Source: Thermodesulfobacteriota bacterium
GTDB taxonomy: Bacteria > Desulfobacterota > Desulfarculia > JACQYL01
NCBI GenBank assembly: GCA_963675595.2
Contig: CAXXLZ010000002.1
Location: forward strand, 672,001 to 736,000
DNA: 64,000 nucleotides
Direction: 5' to 3'
The translations under genes were made by a program, and so were the position numbers. Of the stretch, positions 48,863 to 60,599 are shown in pieces; position 1 is the first letter of the stretch; each line of letters begins with the position of its first letter. The notes below the pieces were generated by a model. The model saw only the letters and a list, made by a program, of their open reading frames with translations. It was not told the DNA's origin and did no database searches.

Positions 48863-51800
48863 ATGTCATTGCATGAACCCATGAAACTTGCCTGTAAAAA
48901 GAACAAATATCATATTCGAAAGTGGGTCGCCCTTGAAGCCGTGCTTTTGCTGGTGCCGCTTTTACTCGGTTCCTGGACGGATGCCCGGGCGCAGGGACAA
49001 AAGCTTCGGTTTGACCGGGTGATCAGCACGGGTTCCATGTTGACTCCCGGTCCCATCATCCAGGATCACGACGGGTTTATCTGGATCGGGGCTCAGGGCA
49101 GCGGCCTGATCAAGTTTGACGGCTACGACCTTAAGAGGTATTCCGCCGGGCCCGACTCGATTCTGGACGATAATGTCACCGTATTGTATGAGGATAGCGC
49201 CGGCATCATCTGGATCGGCACGCTGGGCGGACTCAGCAGTTATGACAAGTCGACGGACACCTTTCAATCGTATCTCCACTCCCCGGATCGAATAGCCGGC
49301 ATCGGCAGCAACCGTATCAGCCCGTCGGCACAGGCGATCAAGGAAGACAAGGAGGGTAAAATTTGGGTCGCAACCGGAAACGGGCTGAATGCATTCGATA
49401 AGACCACCGGTACTTTTGCCCGCTATCTGCATGTTCCCGGCAAAAACGACAGCTTGGACAGCAATAACATTCTTTCCATTTGTGAGGATGAAGAAGGCTT
49501 TCTTTGGGTCTACACGGATAAGGGACAAAACAAATTCGACAAGGCAAGCGGGTCCGTTGAGCACTACGTTTTTGGCCCTCGTGAGTCCGTGGGTGTGGGC
49601 GAAAACACCGTTCACACCGTCATCGAGGATAAGGACGGGATCCTCTGGATCGGAACCGACTCCGGCCTCAACAGTTTCGATAAGGAGACAAACACCTTTG
49701 TCCGCTACAAGTTTGATCCCAGCAATCCGGAAAGTCTGCCGTGCGACCTGATCCACGTCATCCATGAGGATAAAGACGGAATTCTCTGGATAGGCCACGG
49801 CAACGACTTGAAGGGGCTGACACTTTTCGACAAGAAAACCGGCGTCTTCACCAACTACAGACATCATCCGAAAGATTCTTCTTCCATAAGCAGCGACTCA
49901 GTGGTGGGAATCCTGGAAGGTGCTCAGGGGATCATCTGGTTGGCGCACTTGAACGGCTCGTTGGATAAATATGACCCCAACAGCCACAAATTCAAAATAT
50001 ACCTGAGTGATCCGGATGACCCCCACACCATCAGCGATGACTTGATCAATACCTCTTACGAGGACAGTGAAGGCACGATCTGGTTCGGCGCCGGCAACGG
50101 ATTGAACAGATACGATAGAACCAGCGGCGAATTTACGCGTTATTTGAGTAATTCGGATGATCCCCGGAGTATACCGGGCGGCTTTATCTGCGGTCCTTTA
50201 GAAGACAGCCGGGGCAATTTCTGGGTGTTGTCCTCCAACAATTATATCTCGTTGTTCGACCGGGAAAAAGGCGTGGTATCGGCCGTCTATAAGACGGTGA
50301 GTTTCCCGGTTTCGGTCATTGAAGATCGTCTCAGACCGGAAATTCTGTGGATTGTTTCCTGGGGCGAAGGTCTGGCCAAGTTCAACAAGGTCAGCCACCA
50401 AACCACGGTATTCACTCATGATCCGGATAATCCTGAAAGCATCGCCCATAATAACATGGCCCATTTGTATCAGGATACGGAGGGGTACCTTTGGTTGCCT
50501 ACCGCGGGGGGCGGTTTGGACAAATTCGACCCGACAAAGGAAAAGGTCGTCAAACATTACAGGCATGATCCGGACAACCCCACAAGCATCGGCAGTGATA
50601 CGGTTGTCCATATCTTCAGAGATTCCTCCGGCAATTTCTGGGTCGGCACCTACGGCGGAGGATTGAACAAATTCGACGAAGAGAACGGAACCTTTAAGCG
50701 ATATACGGAGACAAACGGATTCCCCACGAACACAGTTACGAATATTCTTGAAGATGACCAGGGCATGTTGTGGCTGGGGTCAAAGATCGGATACATCAGG
50801 TTCGACCCTCGAACCGAAACGGCGAGAGTCTATACCAAGGAAGACGGACTGGCCGGCAACAAGTTCCAGGAGGCCGCCATGTGCAAGGCCCGGGACGGCA
50901 GCATATGGATCGGCACGATCACCGGCGCGAACAGCTTCCATCCGGAAGACCTCAAGGACAATCCCTATGTCCCGCCGGTCTATTTTACCTCCATTAAACA
51001 GGGTGGAGAAGAGATCGAACTGGGCAAGGCTCCCGAAAAGATCAGCGAGATTGAACTGGACTGGAAGAACAACTTTTTTGAGTTCGAGTTCGCGGCGTTG
51101 AATTACACGAATCCGCAGAAAAACCGGCATGCCTATATGCTGCAAGGGGTGGATCAGGATTGGTATTTCTCGGGAGCCAGACGCTTCGGCCGGTATACCG
51201 GCTTATCTCCGGGCGAATACACTTTGCGGGTCAAGGGATCCAACGATGACGGAGTGTGGAATGAACGGGGCAGCGCGGTCACCATCAGGATTTTGCCTCC
51301 ATGGTGGCGGACGGTCTGGTTCAGAGCCCTTGCCGCGGCTACGGTTTTGGGACTTCTATTCGGGAGCTACCGAGGACGGGTGAGAGCCATCAAGCGCCAA
51401 AGAAGACGGCTTGAACGAGAAGTCTCTGAAAGGACGCAAGAACTGCAAATCGCCAAGGAAGCCGCTGAATCGGCAAGTCGGGCCAAGAGCGACTTTTTGG
51501 CCAATATGAGCCATGAGCTGCGCACTCCCTTGAACGCGATCCTGGGTTATTCGCAATTGATGAGGAGATATCCCGACCTGCAGCAAGAACACCGGAAAAA
51601 CCTGGACATCATCAATCGCAGCGGCGAACATCTGCTGGCACTGATCAACGATGTGCTGGAAATCTCCAAAATCGAAGCAAGGCAGATTCACTTGGAAACC
51701 GCTTCGTTTGATTTGCCGGCCTTGCTCACCAATCTGGAAGTCATGTATTCCGCAAGGGCGGAAGCTAAAGGGTTGAGGTTTGAGATAACGGGTAAAGAAA

Positions 51801-52942
51801 ACGTCCCGCACTATGTAAAAACCGATCAGAGCAGACTGCTCCAGATACTGATCAATCTTCTGGATAATGCCTTCAAGTTTACTCGGAAAGGGACGGTCAC
51901 TCTGCATGTGGGGACGGCCAAACCGGCTAAAACTCCCGATCCTTCTCTTCAAACTCCGGCAAACACTGCTGAAGAACCGGCCGCGGGCATGCGTCTTTTT
52001 TTTGATGTGGCGGACACCGGTGTAGGCATCGCCGAGGATGAACTGGACAAGGTGTTTCAGTATTTTGAACAGACGCAGAGCGGCAAAAACCTCAAAAGCG
52101 GTACCGGATTGGGCCTTGCCATCAGCCGGGATTATGTGCGCGCCTTGGGCGGAGAGATCACCGTTGCCGGCGAGGTCGACAAAGGCAGCACCTTTTCCTT
52201 TGATATTGCAGTCGAAAAGGGTGACGAGTCCGATGTCGAAGGGCGTATTCCAGGGCGGCGCGTCCTTGGTCTCGCGCAGAGCATGGACCGTCAAGAGATT
52301 CCCCGCATTCTGGTTGCCGACGATATGGAAGAAGGTCGGGGTTTGCTGGTGAAGCTTTTAAAAGCCGTGGGATTTCAGGTTCGAGAAGCCGCCAACGGCA
52401 AAGAGGCATTGGATGTTTTTCAACAATGGCGGCCCCATTTCATTTGGATGGACATCCGCATGCCGGTGATGGACGGCCTGGAAGCCACCCGGCGCATCAA
52501 GGATACCGACGCGGGCAAATCAACCGTCGTAGCGGCGCTCACCGCCCATGCCTTGGAGGAAGAGAGAAAAATCATCTTGGCAAGCGGTTGCGACGATTTT
52601 GTGCGCAAGCCCTTTCGAGAAGACCAAATCTTTGAGGTCATGGCCAAGCATCTGAACATCAAGTATGTGTATGAAGATGATCCGGGACGGGTTGACTCTC
52701 CCGAACAGGAGTTCGTTTTACGTCCCGGACAATTGGACGCATTGCCCAAAGAAATGGTCGACCGGTTGTATCACGCGGTGGTGGAACTGGATATGGAAAA
52801 AACCTCGGCCCTGATTGCGCAGATCACCGAAAGGGATTCCGCCCTTGGCGGCGCGCTAAGGTCCCAGGCGGAAAAGCTGAATTACCGTCGTTTGCTGAGC
52901 ATGCTTGGGGAAAAGGATGTCGAGTCGGGAGAAGACTCATGA
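48863..52942 (+). CDS. Hybrid sensor kinase with periplasmic Reg_prop beta-propellers and Y_Y_Y domain
   Basis: Repeated ED..G.LWIGT..GL blades; [17 protein letters not shown]; TM; [14 protein letters not shown]; GTGLGL; receiver WMDIRMP. Confidence 0.95.
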   Translation: MSLHEPMKLACKKNKYHIRKWVALEAVLLLVPLLLGSWTDARAQGQKLRFDRVISTGSMLTPGPIIQDHDGFIWIGAQGSGLIKFDGYDLKRYSAGPDSILDDNVTVLYEDSAGIIWIGTLGGLSSYDKSTDTFQSYLHSPDRIAGIGSNRISPSAQAIKEDKEGKIWVATGNGLNAFDKTTGTFARYLHVPGKNDSLDSNNILSICEDEEGFLWVYTDKGQNKFDKASGSVEHYVFGPRESVGVGENTVHTVIEDKDGILWIGTDSGLNSFDKETNTFVRYKFDPSNPESLPCDLIHVIHEDKDGILWIGHGNDLKGLTLFDKKTGVFTNYRHHPKDSSSISSDSVVGILEGAQGIIWLAHLNGSLDKYDPNSHKFKIYLSDPDDPHTISDDLINTSYEDSEGTIWFGAGNGLNRYDRTSGEFTRYLSNSDDPRSIPGGFICGPLEDSRGNFWVLSSNNYISLFDREKGVVSAVYKTVSFPVSVIEDRLRPEILWIVSWGEGLAKFNKVSHQTTVFTHDPDNPESIAHNNMAHLYQDTEGYLWLPTAGGGLDKFDPTKEKVVKHYRHDPDNPTSIGSDTVVHIFRDSSGNFWVGTYGGGLNKFDEENGTFKRYTETNGFPTNTVTNILEDDQGMLWLGSKIGYIRFDPRTETARVYTKEDGLAGNKFQEAAMCKARDGSIWIGTITGANSFHPEDLKDNPYVPPVYFTSIKQGGEEIELGKAPEKISEIELDWKNNFFEFEFAALNYTNPQKNRHAYMLQGVDQDWYFSGARRFGRYTGLSPGEYTLRVKGSNDDGVWNERGSAVTIRILPPWWRTVWFRALAAATVLGLLFGSYRGRVRAIKRQRRRLEREVSERTQELQIAKEAAESASRAKSDFLANMSHELRTPLNAILGYSQLMRRYPDLQQEHRKNLDIINRSGEHLLALINDVLEISKIEARQIHLETASFDLPALLTNLEVMYSARAEAKGLRFEITGKENVPHYVKTDQSRLLQILINLLDNAFKFTRKGTVTLHVGTAKPAKTPDPSLQTPANTAEEPAAGMRLFFDVADTGVGIAEDELDKVFQYFEQTQSGKNLKSGTGLGLAISRDYVRALGGEITVAGEVDKGSTFSFDIAVEKGDESDVEGRIPGRRVLGLAQSMDRQEIPRILVADDMEEGRGLLVKLLKAVGFQVREAANGKEALDVFQQWRPHFIWMDIRMPVMDGLEATRRIKDTDAGKSTVVAALTAHALEEERKIILASGCDDFVRKPFREDQIFEVMAKHLNIKYVYEDDPGRVDSPEQEFVLRPGQLDALPKEMVDRLYHAVVELDMEKTSALIAQITERDSALGGALRSQAEKLNYRRLLSMLGEKDVESGEDS

Positions 52943-55365
52943 CCGACCTCGGGAAAACAGAACCGGATCGTCAAGAAATTCTGATTGTTGAAGATACTCC
53001 GACCAGCCTTCAGTTTTTGACTCGCGTCCTTACGGGACAAGGATACCGCGTACGTCCCGCCACGGACGGTCCCCTTGCGCTGCAATCCGTGGCGGCCAAG
53101 CTGCCCGACCTCATCCTGCTGGATGTAAGAATGCCGGACATGGACGGCTATGAAGTTTGCCGCCGACTGAAATCGGATGAACGATGTCGAAAGGTTCCGG
53201 TCATTTTCATCAGCGCTCTGAACGATCTTTCGGAAAAAGTGGAGGGTTTTAGAGCCGGGGGCGTTGATTACATAACCAAACCGTTTGAGGCGGAAGAGGT
53301 CCTGGCACGGGTTCGAATCCATTTGAATTTGAAGGAACTGACCGAGAATCTGGAACGAAAGGTCGGCGAGCGAACCGAAAAGCTGACCATCGTCAACCGG
53401 CGGCTCGAGCAGGAAATCTCTGAGCGCAAGAAGGCGGAAGAAGCCCTACGAGCCAATGAGCGCACCCTTAAAGCAATATTTGATCAGACATTTCAACTCA
53501 TGGGTCTCTTGGATCCTGATGGAACCGTGATCAAAGTCAATAAAACGGCTTTGGATTTTGCTGGGATTGAAGAAAAGGACGTGGTCGGCAAACCTTTTTG
53601 GGAAACAACCTGGTGGAAACATTCTAGTGAATTGCAGGAACGCTTGCGAACGGCCATCAGCCGGGCGGCAAACGGAGAATTGATCCGCTTCGAAGTCGAC
53701 CACCTGAAAGAGTCCGGCGACATTCGTTACGTTGATGTCTCCATCAAACCGGTGAGGGACGAAGCCGGCAAAGTGATCTTTCTGATTCCGGAAGGTCGCG
53801 ACATCACTGAGCGTATAACGGCCGAGGAAAGACTTCAGAAGAGTGAAGAAGATTACAGACTTCTGATCGAAAATCAGACGGATTTTGTTGTGAAGTTCGA
53901 CAACGACGGCCGACTCCTCTTTGTCAGCCCCTCCTATTGCCGGCTGTTCAGCAAGACGGAAGAGGAATTGCTGGGGAAAAAGTTCCTGCCTTTGGTTCAC
54001 GAAGAGGATCGGGAACCTACCGTTGAAGCCATGAAGGGGCTTTATCAACCGCCCTACACGGTTTATCTGGAGCAACGGGCCATGACCAAAGACGGTTGGC
54101 GGTGGTTGGCCTGGAGCGCCACGGCCGTATTGGATGAAAAGAAGAATGTGACGGCCGCCATTGGCGTTGGAAGAGATGTCACGGATAGAAAAACGGCGGA
54201 AGAAGAGAAGAAGAAACTTGAATCACAACTTCGTCAGGCCATGAAGATGGAAGCCATCGGAACACTCGCGGGGGGTATCGCCCATGATTTCAATAACATC
54301 CTCGGCGCGATCATGGGGTATACGGAGCTCAGCATGTTGGAGGCACCCGAAGGAAGTCAGCTCGAAGCCAATCTGACTGCCGTCCTTGGGGCGACAGACC
54401 GCGCAAAAGACCTCGTCCGACAGATCCTGACGTTCAGCCGACGGACCGAACAGCAGCTCAAGCCCACGCAACTAAGCCTTATCGTGAGGGAGGCCTTGAG
54501 ACTTCTCAGGGCTTCCTTACCATCAACGATCAATATTCATCAGGATTTAAGGAGCAACGGCATCGTGATGGCGGACCCTACACAGATGCACCAGGTAGTG
54601 ATGAATCTGTGTACAAACGCAGGCCATGCCATGGAGGAAAAAGGCGGTCTGTTGGAAGTGTCCTTGATTGACATGGAAATTGATTCCAGCTTCGCGGCCG
54701 GATATCCCGACCTGAAGCCCGGGCCCCATCTGCAATTGACGGTGACCGACACAGGGCACGGCATGCCGCCTGAGGTGCTGAGTCAGATATTCGATCCCTT
54801 CTTCAGCACAAAAGAGAAGGGCCGGGGGACAGGTCTCGGGCTTTCGGTTGTCCATGGAATTGTAACCAGCCATGGCGGAACCATTCATGCTTACAGCGAG
54901 CCTGGAAAAGGCTCCAGCATGAAAGTTTATCTGCCCGTCATCGAGAGAAGGGCGGAGGTTGATGCAATAGAACGAAAGAAGCTTCCTATGGGGACGGAAC
55001 GCGTGCTTTTTGTCGACGATGAGCAACTCCTTACAAACGTTGGAAGCCGGATTCTGGAGACATTGGGCTATCGGGTTACGGCGAGCAACAGCAGCACGGA
55101 AGCGTTGGAGCTTTTCAGGTCAAAACCCGACATGTTTGACTTGGTGATCACGGACCAGACCATGCCGAAAATGACGGGGGACGAACTGGCAAAGCAACTC
55201 ATGGCGTTGAGGCCCGATATTCCCGTCATCATCTGTACCGGATTCAGTGCAAAGGTCAGCGAAGAGAAGGTTCGCGAGATGGGAGTAAGAGCCTTCATCA
55301 TGAAACCGTTGGTTATGCGGGATATTGCGGAAACAATACGAACCGTCCTGGATGAGATGGGATGA
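52939..55365 (+). CDS. REC-PAS-PAS hybrid histidine kinase
   Basis: N-terminal receiver ([11 protein letters not shown]), two PAS domains, [24 protein letters not shown]-terminal receiver; ATGA overlap with the upstream kinase. Confidence 0.95.
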   Translation: MTDLGKTEPDRQEILIVEDTPTSLQFLTRVLTGQGYRVRPATDGPLALQSVAAKLPDLILLDVRMPDMDGYEVCRRLKSDERCRKVPVIFISALNDLSEKVEGFRAGGVDYITKPFEAEEVLARVRIHLNLKELTENLERKVGERTEKLTIVNRRLEQEISERKKAEEALRANERTLKAIFDQTFQLMGLLDPDGTVIKVNKTALDFAGIEEKDVVGKPFWETTWWKHSSELQERLRTAISRAANGELIRFEVDHLKESGDIRYVDVSIKPVRDEAGKVIFLIPEGRDITERITAEERLQKSEEDYRLLIENQTDFVVKFDNDGRLLFVSPSYCRLFSKTEEELLGKKFLPLVHEEDREPTVEAMKGLYQPPYTVYLEQRAMTKDGWRWLAWSATAVLDEKKNVTAAIGVGRDVTDRKTAEEEKKKLESQLRQAMKMEAIGTLAGGIAHDFNNILGAIMGYTELSMLEAPEGSQLEANLTAVLGATDRAKDLVRQILTFSRRTEQQLKPTQLSLIVREALRLLRASLPSTINIHQDLRSNGIVMADPTQMHQVVMNLCTNAGHAMEEKGGLLEVSLIDMEIDSSFAAGYPDLKPGPHLQLTVTDTGHGMPPEVLSQIFDPFFSTKEKGRGTGLGLSVVHGIVTSHGGTIHAYSEPGKGSSMKVYLPVIERRAEVDAIERKKLPMGTERVLFVDDEQLLTNVGSRILETLGYRVTASNSSTEALELFRSKPDMFDLVITDQTMPKMTGDELAKQLMALRPDIPVIICTGFSAKVSEEKVREMGVRAFIMKPLVMRDIAETIRTVLDEMG

Positions 55366-55448
55366 GACGAATGTGTGGAAAGTCGAACGGGAGAGCTCCT
55401 TTGCCGATTCGGGAGAGGCAAGGAAGGTTGGAAATCAGCGAGAAAACC

Positions 55449-55488
55449 GATTTCTCCCTCAACCTCTCCGCCGAAGGCGGTGAAGCTC
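55449..55488 (-). repeat. 40-bp repeat, family C, copy 2
   Basis: Inverted near-identical copy of 48333-48372. Confidence 0.7.
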
Positions 55489-55505
55489 CTTTTGTTACGA
55501 ACCCG

Positions 55506-55633
55506 GTTACCCATTCAGAGAGAACGACCAACTTCGGTTACCACGCGTTAGCGAGCAACCCGCTCAAAATGTTTGGGAAAGGGGCCGGGACAACCTTTTT
55601 CAAAAGGTTGTCCCGGATACCCCTGAATGGATA
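55506..55633 (+). repeat. Palindromic repeat, family B, copy 2
   Basis: Ends GTTACCCATTCAG...CTGAATGGATAC; hairpin CCGGGACAACCTTTT...AAAAGGTTGTCCCGG; tail GGATACCCCT as in copy 1. Confidence 0.6.
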
Positions 55634-55675
55634 CGACAAAAGAAACGCACAAATTCAACACCGTCCCTCTTCCTG

Positions 55676-55966
55676 CTAGCCTCGAAAAAGCGTTTCAAAG
55701 TAACCAAACGGCATCAGGGGAATCAGTTCGAAGTCGATCAATTTCTCGCGAACAAAAGGCAATTCATTCAGGCTGTTTCGCGCTTCATCAACACTGTCGC
55801 ATTCAAGAACAAACACAACCCCCGTACGATCTTGCCGATCGTACATTTCTCTACAGGTGCCTTCTTTGTACAGTTTCCAAGCGCACTTCACTTCCGCTTC
55901 AAGATGAGGCCGCATTTTCTCGAGAGTTGCTTGAGGATCCACTTTGGCGATGGCTAAAATCTTCAT
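55676..55966 (-). CDS. Muconolactone delta-isomerase-like small protein
   Basis: MKILAI...AWKLYKEG..REMY...VFVLEC..VDEA...L..LP...LIDFELIPL pattern; SD GGAGG. Confidence 0.75.
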   Translation of the reverse strand: MKILAIAKVDPQATLEKMRPHLEAEVKCAWKLYKEGTCREMYDRQDRTGVVFVLECDSVDEARNSLNELPFVREKLIDFELIPLMPFGYFETLFRG

Positions 55967-56102
55967 CTCTTCGCCCTCCTTTTCTCTGATCATTTCACCA
56001 CAAGCTCACCATATTTTTGAGTTCATTTAATGATTCCTTCCCGAATCTCCGGATCCGGCTGAGCATCCATGCAGGTTCGGCAGGCAGACGCTGTGAAGGC
56101 CG

Positions 56103-57065
56103 TCAGTAGCGTGATCCGGACGTCTCTCGCGGCAGGCGGCTTCGGATTTCCACCAGTTCCTCGGCGGTGAACCGCACCTTCCAGGCTCCCAGGTTTTCCT
56201 CCAGCCGTTCGATGCGCCGCGTGCCGGGGATCGTGAAGACGTCTTCGCCCTGCGCCAGGCCCCAGGCAAGGGCCACCTGTGCTTCCGTCGCGCCCTTTCG
56301 GGCCGCGATGTCTCGAATCAATTCCACAAAGCGAGCGTTCTCCGCCAGCGCTTCGTCGCTGAAGCGCGGATTGTCGCGCCGCCAGTCGGTTGCGTCGAGG
56401 GATGCCCTGTTGGGGATCGCGCCGGTGAGGAAGCCGCGGCCCAGCGGCGCATAGGCGACCAAGGCAATGCCCAATTCACGGCAGGCCTCCAGGATTCCCT
56501 CCTCCACATCTCGGGTCCAAAGCGAATACTCGGTCTGAAGCGCGGTGATGGGATGGACGGCATGGGCGGCATGAATCTGTTCGGCGGAGAATTCACTCAA
56601 CCCGATGAAGCGCACCTTGCCTTGCGCCACCAGTTCCTTCATGGCGCCGACGCTTTCTTCAACGCGTACGTTCGGGTCCGGACGATGCTGATAATAGAGG
56701 TCGATGGTCTCGACGCCGAGGCGCTTCAGGCTTTTCTCGCAGGCCTCCTTCACGTATTCAGGGCGACCGCAGACATCCAGCCATTCACCGTCGGCTCCCC
56801 GCCGAACGCCGAACTTGGTCGCCACGATCACCTTGTCCCAACGGTCCGAGAAGGCCTTGGAAACCAGCTCTTCGTTGTGTCCCAAACCATATATGTCGGC
56901 GGTGTCGAAGAAGTTCACGCCAAGGTCGACGGCTGCGTGCAGGGTCTTGATGTGGTCCGCTTCATCGTGCGTTCCGCCGTAAAACTCCGACATGCCCATG
57001 CATCCGAGGCCGATGCGGCCGACCCGAAGGGTGCTGTTGCCCAGCGTTTTGGGGGTATTTGTCAT
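56103..57065 (-). CDS. Aldo/keto reductase
   Basis: [30 protein letters not shown] and YAPLGRG; SD AGGAG before ATG 57065. Confidence 0.95.
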   Translation of the reverse strand: MTNTPKTLGNSTLRVGRIGLGCMGMSEFYGGTHDEADHIKTLHAAVDLGVNFFDTADIYGLGHNEELVSKAFSDRWDKVIVATKFGVRRGADGEWLDVCGRPEYVKEACEKSLKRLGVETIDLYYQHRPDPNVRVEESVGAMKELVAQGKVRFIGLSEFSAEQIHAAHAVHPITALQTEYSLWTRDVEEGILEACRELGIALVAYAPLGRGFLTGAIPNRASLDATDWRRDNPRFSDEALAENARFVELIRDIAARKGATEAQVALAWGLAQGEDVFTIPGTRRIERLEENLGAWKVRFTAEELVEIRSRLPRETSGSRY

Positions 57066-57110
57066 GGAAGTGTCTCCTGTACGGTGCATGGATTCCAGGG
57101 ATTCACGGGT

Positions 57111-57182
57111 GGGACTTTTAAAAAAGGGTTCCCTCGGGCTCCACTCAATAAACCTCTGGTATTTTAATAGGTTGGACGGAAC
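57111..57182 (-). repeat. Palindromic repeat, family B, copy 3 (partial)
   Basis: Reverse complement GTTCCGTCCAACCTATTAAAATAC...GGAGCCCGAGGGAACCCT closely matches 44897-44954. Confidence 0.65.
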
Positions 57183-57368
57183 ATACTGCTCATTTTGCGA
57201 ATCGCGTACGCGATTCGCAAAAACACAACGGGGGTCCGGGGGCCATTGGTCCCCCGGCAGGGGGTGCGGGAGGACGGCGTCCCCCGGTGACCCTGTAAAC
57301 AGGGACTTCATTCGCCCCTCCCTGCGATTCGACAGGTAAAGACTATACCCTTCGCGGCCCGCAGTGCA

Positions 57369-57402
57369 TGCCGGTTCCTCCAAACTACTTGCCCGATCCT
57401 AC
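57369..57402. promoter_or_regulatory. Tandem direct repeats, candidate AraC/YqhC-type operator
   Basis: TGCCGGTTCCTCC and TGCCCGATCCTAC start 21 bp apart, between the AKR and (pre-insertion) araC genes. Confidence 0.45.
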
Positions 57403-57462
57403 ACATTCTGGGAGAATTCGTTCCGTCCCACGCGGACTGATTTATAATGCCGACGGAGGCTG

Positions 57463-59486
57463 GTAGAGTAGAGCGCTGACGGCAAAGGAGTTAAGGCCGA
57501 CTTTTAGTGACGCCTCGCTGCACGCAGCTACTACGTGTCGTCTAAACTTACTTACCGGCAGCGCCCCCTCGTCGAACCGGACGCGCGGATTTCCCGCATC
57601 CGGCTCTCCGATGATCTTTCAGCGACAAGGCATTCGCAAGAAGTTGACGGCTTTCTCATGCAGGTAGACCAACCCTTTCGCGCGCAGCGCCGCATACAGC
57701 GACGGCCCGTCCAGGTGTTGACAGCGCCGGTGGCTCCTCGTCTTCATGAATCGACGAAACCGGTTGTGGACAAACCAGTCGATTTTCTTGAACGCAACCC
57801 GCGGGTACCCAAACTTGAAGTATTGGCCCCAGCCCGTCAGGAATCGGTTCACCCGTTGGATGACCTCCTCCAGCGGCGCTTGCACCTTCCTCAACGTCAA
57901 TGCTCGCAGCCGCTCACGCGCCCGGTGCAGGGCCTTGGACGAGGGAACCACGTTCAAGTAGACACCGGGGCCGAGCACGCTGCGGTCGTAGCGGAAGGTA
58001 AAGCCCAGAAAGTCCAGGCTTCCTCTCGGTTGGTTCAGATTCACGATGCTGGTCTTGTCTCGATTCAGCGTCAGCCCGAGGGACCCGAGAGTCTCTTCGG
58101 CAAAATCCATGATCCGAGGGTTCATGCGCCGGACCAGGATCACCCAATCGTCGGCGTACCTGACAAGGTGGGCTTTCATGGTCCGCCCTGGTCCACCCGG
58201 ACCATGGAACTTCTTGTCGAACTCGTGGAGATAGATGTTGGCCAACAGGGGAGAAATCACCCCTCCTTGAGGTGTCCCTTTCTTCGGTCGGGTCACTTTC
58301 CGGACTCCATTTACTTCTTCCACCACCGGACTTTGCAGCCACATACGGATCAGTTTCAGCACCGATCGGTCCGCTATCCGCCGCTCCACGCACCGCATGA
58401 GCGGTTCATGGGGTATGGTGTCGAAGTAGCTCGTCAGGTCCGCGTCCAGTACCTCCCGATACCCGTCTTTCAGGGCCTGCCGGATCTCCGTCAACGCCCC
58501 GTGGGCGTTCCGGCCCGGACGAAATCCGTGCGAGCAGTCCTCGAAGTCCGCCTCGAAGATCGGTTCAATCAGGAGCAGCACCGCCATCTGGACGATCCGA
58601 TCCCTGATGGTCGGTATGCCCAGAGGCCGCTGCTTGCCGTTGGCTTTGGGGATGTACACCCGTTTCACCGGCAAGGGTCGATAGGTCTTCCCCTTCAGTT
58701 CCCGCTGGATGAATTCCAGAAGGACCTTCACCCCATCTTCCTTTGCCTCGATGGCCCGGATGCTCACTCCATCCACACCGGCCGCACCTCGATTGGCGCG
58801 TACCCGTCTCCACGCACTCTCCAGAACATCCCGACGATATACGCGATCGTACAACGCATAGAATCGAAACTCCGGCTCTTGCTTGGCCTTGAGGCCCAGT
58901 TTCATCCGAAGAAGGGAGACTTTGGCGGCCACTCCATTTTCCGGCTTGACCCGATCCGTAGTGGGACGTTTTCCGTCCAAGCGGTCCTTCCTCCATTCGT
59001 CCGAAACGCGATCAAAGTCCTGCCCCTTGGCTCCATCCTGTTTCCAGGACTTCTTCGCTACTATGGGCAAGTCCGACTCCCGGCCGGGACCGTGCAGCGG
59101 GTTATGTATTCCCCGCTGCCGTTTGGACTCGGGCTACCTGCCGCCCTGCCCGTCCCGCCGGGTCTCCCGGGTTCCCCGGCGCTCCTTCGAGTACATGCCG
59201 TCTCCAAACACCCCGGGCGGCACGGTGCGACGTTCCTGTTTTCCCATCGCACCATTGGCAGGTTTCCCCATATGCTTGGAAGGTCACCGCCGCCATCCGT
59301 GTAACGAGGCCGAAGCGAGTTCACTTGCGTTACGGCCTGCACTCTATCTGACCTTACGGCCTTTTCCGGCCCGCTTGACGCCTCGGGTTACCCCTGCGCG
59401 CCGGGCCGGCGACTTCGCGGTGAACAGGCAATTACCGCGGGCGGAACTTTCATCCGCCAGGATCGCCGGAGCTTTGCCCGGCGCAC
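57463..59486 (-). mobile_element. Group II intron, full length (about 2.02 kb)
   Basis: 5' GTGCG at 59486; domain V GAGAGCCGGATGCGGGAAATCCGCGCGTCCGGTTCG; 3' end ...CTCTACTCTAC at 57463; EBS1 AAGCAT (59272-59277) complementary to the 5' exon ATGCTT. Confidence 0.92.
57619..59070 (-). CDS. ltrA: Group II intron reverse transcriptase/maturase (no endonuclease domain)
   Basis: [57 protein letters not shown], maturase X domain; no HNH domain. Confidence 0.96.
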   Translation of the reverse strand: MPIVAKKSWKQDGAKGQDFDRVSDEWRKDRLDGKRPTTDRVKPENGVAAKVSLLRMKLGLKAKQEPEFRFYALYDRVYRRDVLESAWRRVRANRGAAGVDGVSIRAIEAKEDGVKVLLEFIQRELKGKTYRPLPVKRVYIPKANGKQRPLGIPTIRDRIVQMAVLLLIEPIFEADFEDCSHGFRPGRNAHGALTEIRQALKDGYREVLDADLTSYFDTIPHEPLMRCVERRIADRSVLKLIRMWLQSPVVEEVNGVRKVTRPKKGTPQGGVISPLLANIYLHEFDKKFHGPGGPGRTMKAHLVRYADDWVILVRRMNPRIMDFAEETLGSLGLTLNRDKTSIVNLNQPRGSLDFLGFTFRYDRSVLGPGVYLNVVPSSKALHRARERLRALTLRKVQAPLEEVIQRVNRFLTGWGQYFKFGYPRVAFKKIDWFVHNRFRRFMKTRSHRRCQHLDGPSLYAALRAKGLVYLHEKAVNFLRMPCR

Positions 59487-59490
59487 AAGC

Positions 59491-60342
59491 ATGCACTTGG
59501 AAGGAATCATCAAACAAGTGGAAGGACTCATCGAACAAGACGCGCAGCCGATGGACGGTCTTTTGCTCTTCCGGCAGAACTCCCCGAGTTCGTTCGAAGC
59601 CTCGCTGTACGAGCCTGTCCTCTGCCTGATTCTCCGAGGCGCGAAACAGGTATCCATCGGAGAGCAGACCTTGTCCTTCGGCCCGGGGGAGTGCCTCCTC
59701 GTGAGCCACGACCTGCCCGTGCGCTCCAGAATCACGGAGGCTCCCTACTTGGCGTTGGTGCTCAAGGTGGACATTGCCACCATCAGGAAACTCTACGACG
59801 AGGTCGCAGAGTCGGCCCTCGCCGGCGAGCGCGCTCGTGCGGCGGAGACACATCGGGCGGATCCCGGGCTGCTCGATGCCGTGCGCCGATATTTGGCGCT
59901 CGCCGACTCGCCCGCGGACGCCAAGGTACTCGGTCCGCTCATCGCAAAGGAGATTCACTACCGCTTGCTGGTGGCCCCGTTCGGCGGGATGCTGCGCAGT
60001 CTCATTCGCCACGACAGCAATGCGAGCGCCATCGCCCGCGCCATCGGCCGGATCCGCGACGAAATCCGTTCGCCCATTGCGATCCCGGACCTCGCCCGGC
60101 AGGTCGGAATGAGCGTGTCGTCATTCCACAAGCACTTCAAGACCATCACCTCAACGACGCCGCTGCAATACCAGAAGGAGCTTCGCCTGCTCGAGGCAAG
60201 GCGACTCCTGAGGACGGGAGGCGCCTCGGTGACCACCGCCGCTTTTGATGTCGGTTACGAGAGCCCGAGCCAATTCAGCCGCGAGTACGCGCGCAAGTTC
60301 GGAGCCCCCCCGAGCCAAGATATGGTAAACGGGAACGGCTAG
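59491..60342 (+). CDS. AraC-family transcriptional regulator (YqhC-like)
   Basis: [39 protein letters not shown] and [13 protein letters not shown]. Confidence 0.94.
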   Translation: MHLEGIIKQVEGLIEQDAQPMDGLLLFRQNSPSSFEASLYEPVLCLILRGAKQVSIGEQTLSFGPGECLLVSHDLPVRSRITEAPYLALVLKVDIATIRKLYDEVAESALAGERARAAETHRADPGLLDAVRRYLALADSPADAKVLGPLIAKEIHYRLLVAPFGGMLRSLIRHDSNASAIARAIGRIRDEIRSPIAIPDLARQVGMSVSSFHKHFKTITSTTPLQYQKELRLLEARRLLRTGGASVTTAAFDVGYESPSQFSREYARKFGAPPSQDMVNGNG

Positions 60343-60475
60343 GTGTGGTTGTGGGCCGCGCCGCGGCCTCGTTCGCGCCCGATTCACCGCGGCGTGCCGG
60401 GCTTGATCGAGGTCTTGGATGAGGCGCCGCTTGTGGTGGGGAATTTTTCAGCCCGTTGAAAAAAGCCGGTTGCCA

Positions 60476-60599
60476 CAGGTTGGTGAAAAACGATGACATG
60501 CAAGGCGCGCAAATCCCGAGGAATGAGACGTACATGGAGTACGCCGCAGTGACAAGGAATGAAGCGCAACGCCGCAGGTCGCGTTCTTCACCAACCTGT
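60476..60599 (+). repeat. MITE-like dispersed repeat, family A, copy 3
   Basis: Terminal IR ACAGGTTGGTGAAAAAC...GTTCTTCACCAACCTGT; core shared with copies 1 and 2; overlaps the TAA stop of the IPTL-CTERM gene. Confidence 0.8.

Noticed and set aside
57619-59070. RT as retron, DGR or defence RT
   Set aside because: Maturase domain, GTGCG start, domains V/VI and EBS1-IBS1 pairing identify an ordinary group II intron.
57535-59304. 589-aa plus-strand ORF
   Set aside because: Antisense to the intron RT gene; no protein-like features.
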